From assembly GCF_964188315.1 (NCBI RefSeq), contig NC_135667.1:22568001-22632000 (forward strand): 64,000 nt of DNA. The letters are read 5' to 3'. A program made the position numbers and the translations under genes. Below are positions 62,379 to 64,000 of the stretch, one piece after another. Each line of letters starts with the position of its first letter. The stretch's first letter is position 1. The notes under the pieces are model-generated. The model worked only from the letters and a program-made list of their open reading frames with translations. It did not search any database and was not told the origin of the DNA. The DNA is from Podarcis muralis. Taxonomy: Eukaryota.

Positions 62379-62420
62379 AGGCGACGTTTCGACGAGGTCT
62401 CACTCGTCATCTTCAGGCTG
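62379..62420 (-). ncRNA. Minimal hammerhead-ribozyme-like motif (inverted arm)
   Basis: Reverse complement of the 63391-63432 motif. Confidence 0.55.
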
Positions 62421-63390
62421 GTGCTTTCGGCTTCTTGTTACTGGAACAGAGCAGGATCTCAGTGTTTGAGTTCCTATAAATACTGTTGAGGGGTGTGGTG
62501 TATAGCCTCAAATGTTCTGGGCCGAGAGGAAGTTCCCAGGCTAGTGTGCCTTTTCTTCTTTTGTTCCTTAGTTGCTTGAGGGATATCTTGAGTGATTTCT
62601 TGAGTGATATCCTGAGTACCACTTAGGTGGGTCATTAGGTGTGGATTAGTTGCTAAAGCCTTTGTGTCTTGACCTCTTGAACTTTGTGAAGAGTTTTTCT
62701 GAGAAGATGGCTGTAGTTGTGCTCTGGCTTGGCTTCGTGTATAGGGGCGAGCTGTGGTTTTGTGGCCTGTGCCAGCCAGATCTGTGTAGGGATTGCAGGG
62801 GGGTGCAGCATCCGGAGGTGCCATCATGGTTTGGCTACTGGATGGTGTCTGTAATTTATCTGTGGAGAGGGTCTGGGTTTGGATCCAGAGGCACACAGAA
62901 CGCCATCACCAATCAACCATACCAGACCCAAACCCAGACCCTCTCCACAGATAAATTACAGACACCATCCAGTAGCCAAACCATGATGGCACCTCCGGAT
63001 GCTGCACCCCCCTGCAATCCCTACACAGATCTGGCTGGCACAGGCCACAAAACCACAGCTCGCCCCTATACACGAAGCCAAGCCAGAGCACAACTACAGC
63101 CATCTTCTCAGAAAAAACTCTTCACAAAGTTCAAGAGGTCAAGACACAAAGGCTTTAGCAACTAATCCACACCTAATGACCCACCTAAGTGGTACTCAGG
63201 ATATCACTCAAGAAATCACTCAAGATATCCCTCAAGCAACTAAGGAACAAAAGAAGAAAAGGCACACTAGCCTGGGAACTTCCTCTCGGCCCAGAACATT
63301 TGAGGCTATACACCACACCCCTCAACAGTATTTATAGGAACTCAAACACTGAGATCCTGCTCTGTTCCAGTAACAAGAAGCCGAAAGCAC

Positions 63391-63432
63391 CAGCCTGAAG
63401 ATGACGAGTGAGACCTCGTCGAAACGTCGCCT
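63391..63432 (+). ncRNA. Minimal hammerhead-ribozyme-like motif
   Basis: CUGAAGA-U, 6-bp stem gacgag/ctcgtc, GAAA, ACGU palindrome, GUC site; helix I weak (2 bp). Confidence 0.55.
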
Positions 63433-63510
63433 AGACACCCCAACTTTTACACGGGAAGACACCCGAGGACACCAAAACCTGCATACCTATACCCGTGAAA
63501 ATCTACGAAA

Positions 63511-63553
<43 letters not shown>

Positions 63554-63795
63554 TAAAATGTCTGGAAAAACCTGGGCATATGGCAAGGCAGGTAAGAGGG
63601 GGACCCCATAAAAATCCCCGAAAGCCCCTGAACTTTTTCTTTTTTGGGTGGTGGATGTTCGCCAAAAAAAGCTCAGCAACTTTGACACACACACACACAC
63701 ACACACGGCAACCCTACATGCTATAAAATAAATGCCCAGAACATTACATGATATATTCAATCAATCTTAAGGTTTATTGAGAAAGTTAATCAAGA

Positions 63796-63844
63796 AAGCT
63801 CATTGGCAACACATACAAGGAAGCTCATTGGCAACACATACAAG
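63796..63844. repeat. 25-bp tandem duplication
   Basis: aagctcattggcaacacatacaag occurs twice. Confidence 0.85.
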
Positions 63845-64000
63845 AAGACATGAGACAAGAAAGATGGATAACAGGTTATATTTATTAAAATGTAGAAACT
63901 AAAGGATCTGACAATCAAAATAATTCATCCCAAAGGAGGATCTCATGTCCCCCATCTCCTGAGCCAGCTGTCAGAGGCATGCTGTGATCACAAAGCATGT

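Larger units (their letters stand above)
62326..63512. mobile_element. Penelope-like element fragment arranged as an inverted repeat
   Basis: Arms 62326-62882 and 62928-63485 are reverse complements, with a 45-nt spacer and a 27-nt extra tail on the + arm; cctgaagatg..cgaaacgtcg signature; flanked by (AT)n; absent at the gene D homologous site. Confidence 0.8.
42766..63700. repeat. Tandem segmental duplication: unit D ~42766-51210, unit E ~52409-63700
   Basis: Collinear exons, introns, 3' flank (cttatagatgaaaatatacagattgag) and 5' flank. Confidence 0.92.

Noticed and set aside
62474-63337. ORFs in the palindrome arms as a new protein
   Set aside because: Low-complexity mirror-image frames from a truncated retroelement end; no RT or GIY-YIG core present, and a 1-bp indel changes the frame between arms.
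42766-63700. D and E as an uncollapsed allelic (haplotype) duplicate
   Set aside because: About 10% amino-acid difference in exon 3 and several copy-specific insertions fit paralogues better; read depth would be the final test.

Overview
Eukaryotic genomic DNA from a squamate reptile, probably a lacertid lizard (inferred from the Sauria SINE subfamilies present). The window is part of a vomeronasal type-2 receptor (V2R, class C GPCR) gene cluster. It holds the 3' half of one V2R gene (A, +) and four complete six-exon V2R genes whose reading frames and GT-AG junctions I traced by hand: B 7465-16316 + (876 aa), C 18094-39731 + (866 aa), D 42950-50311 - (875 aa) and E 52592-61543 - (875 aa). D and E are recent tandem duplicates. 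Three V2R relics are also present: a LINE-split TM-exon fragment, an exon-3 end stranded in gene C intron 3, and an orphan exon 2. Introns and spacers are full of mobile DNA: a full-length 6.2-kb L1 with a 19-bp TSD and two apparent CpG-type lesions, L2/CR1/RTE fragments, three Sauria SINEs with TSDs, a solo LTR, and hAT and Tc1/pogo-type MITEs. The most unusual structure is a Penelope-like insertion about 0.8 kb upstream of gene E. It forms a near-perfect 557-bp inverted repeat with a minimal hammerhead-ribozyme-like motif in each arm. All alignments and counts were made by eye; no database searches were run. Gene letters A-E are my own labels.
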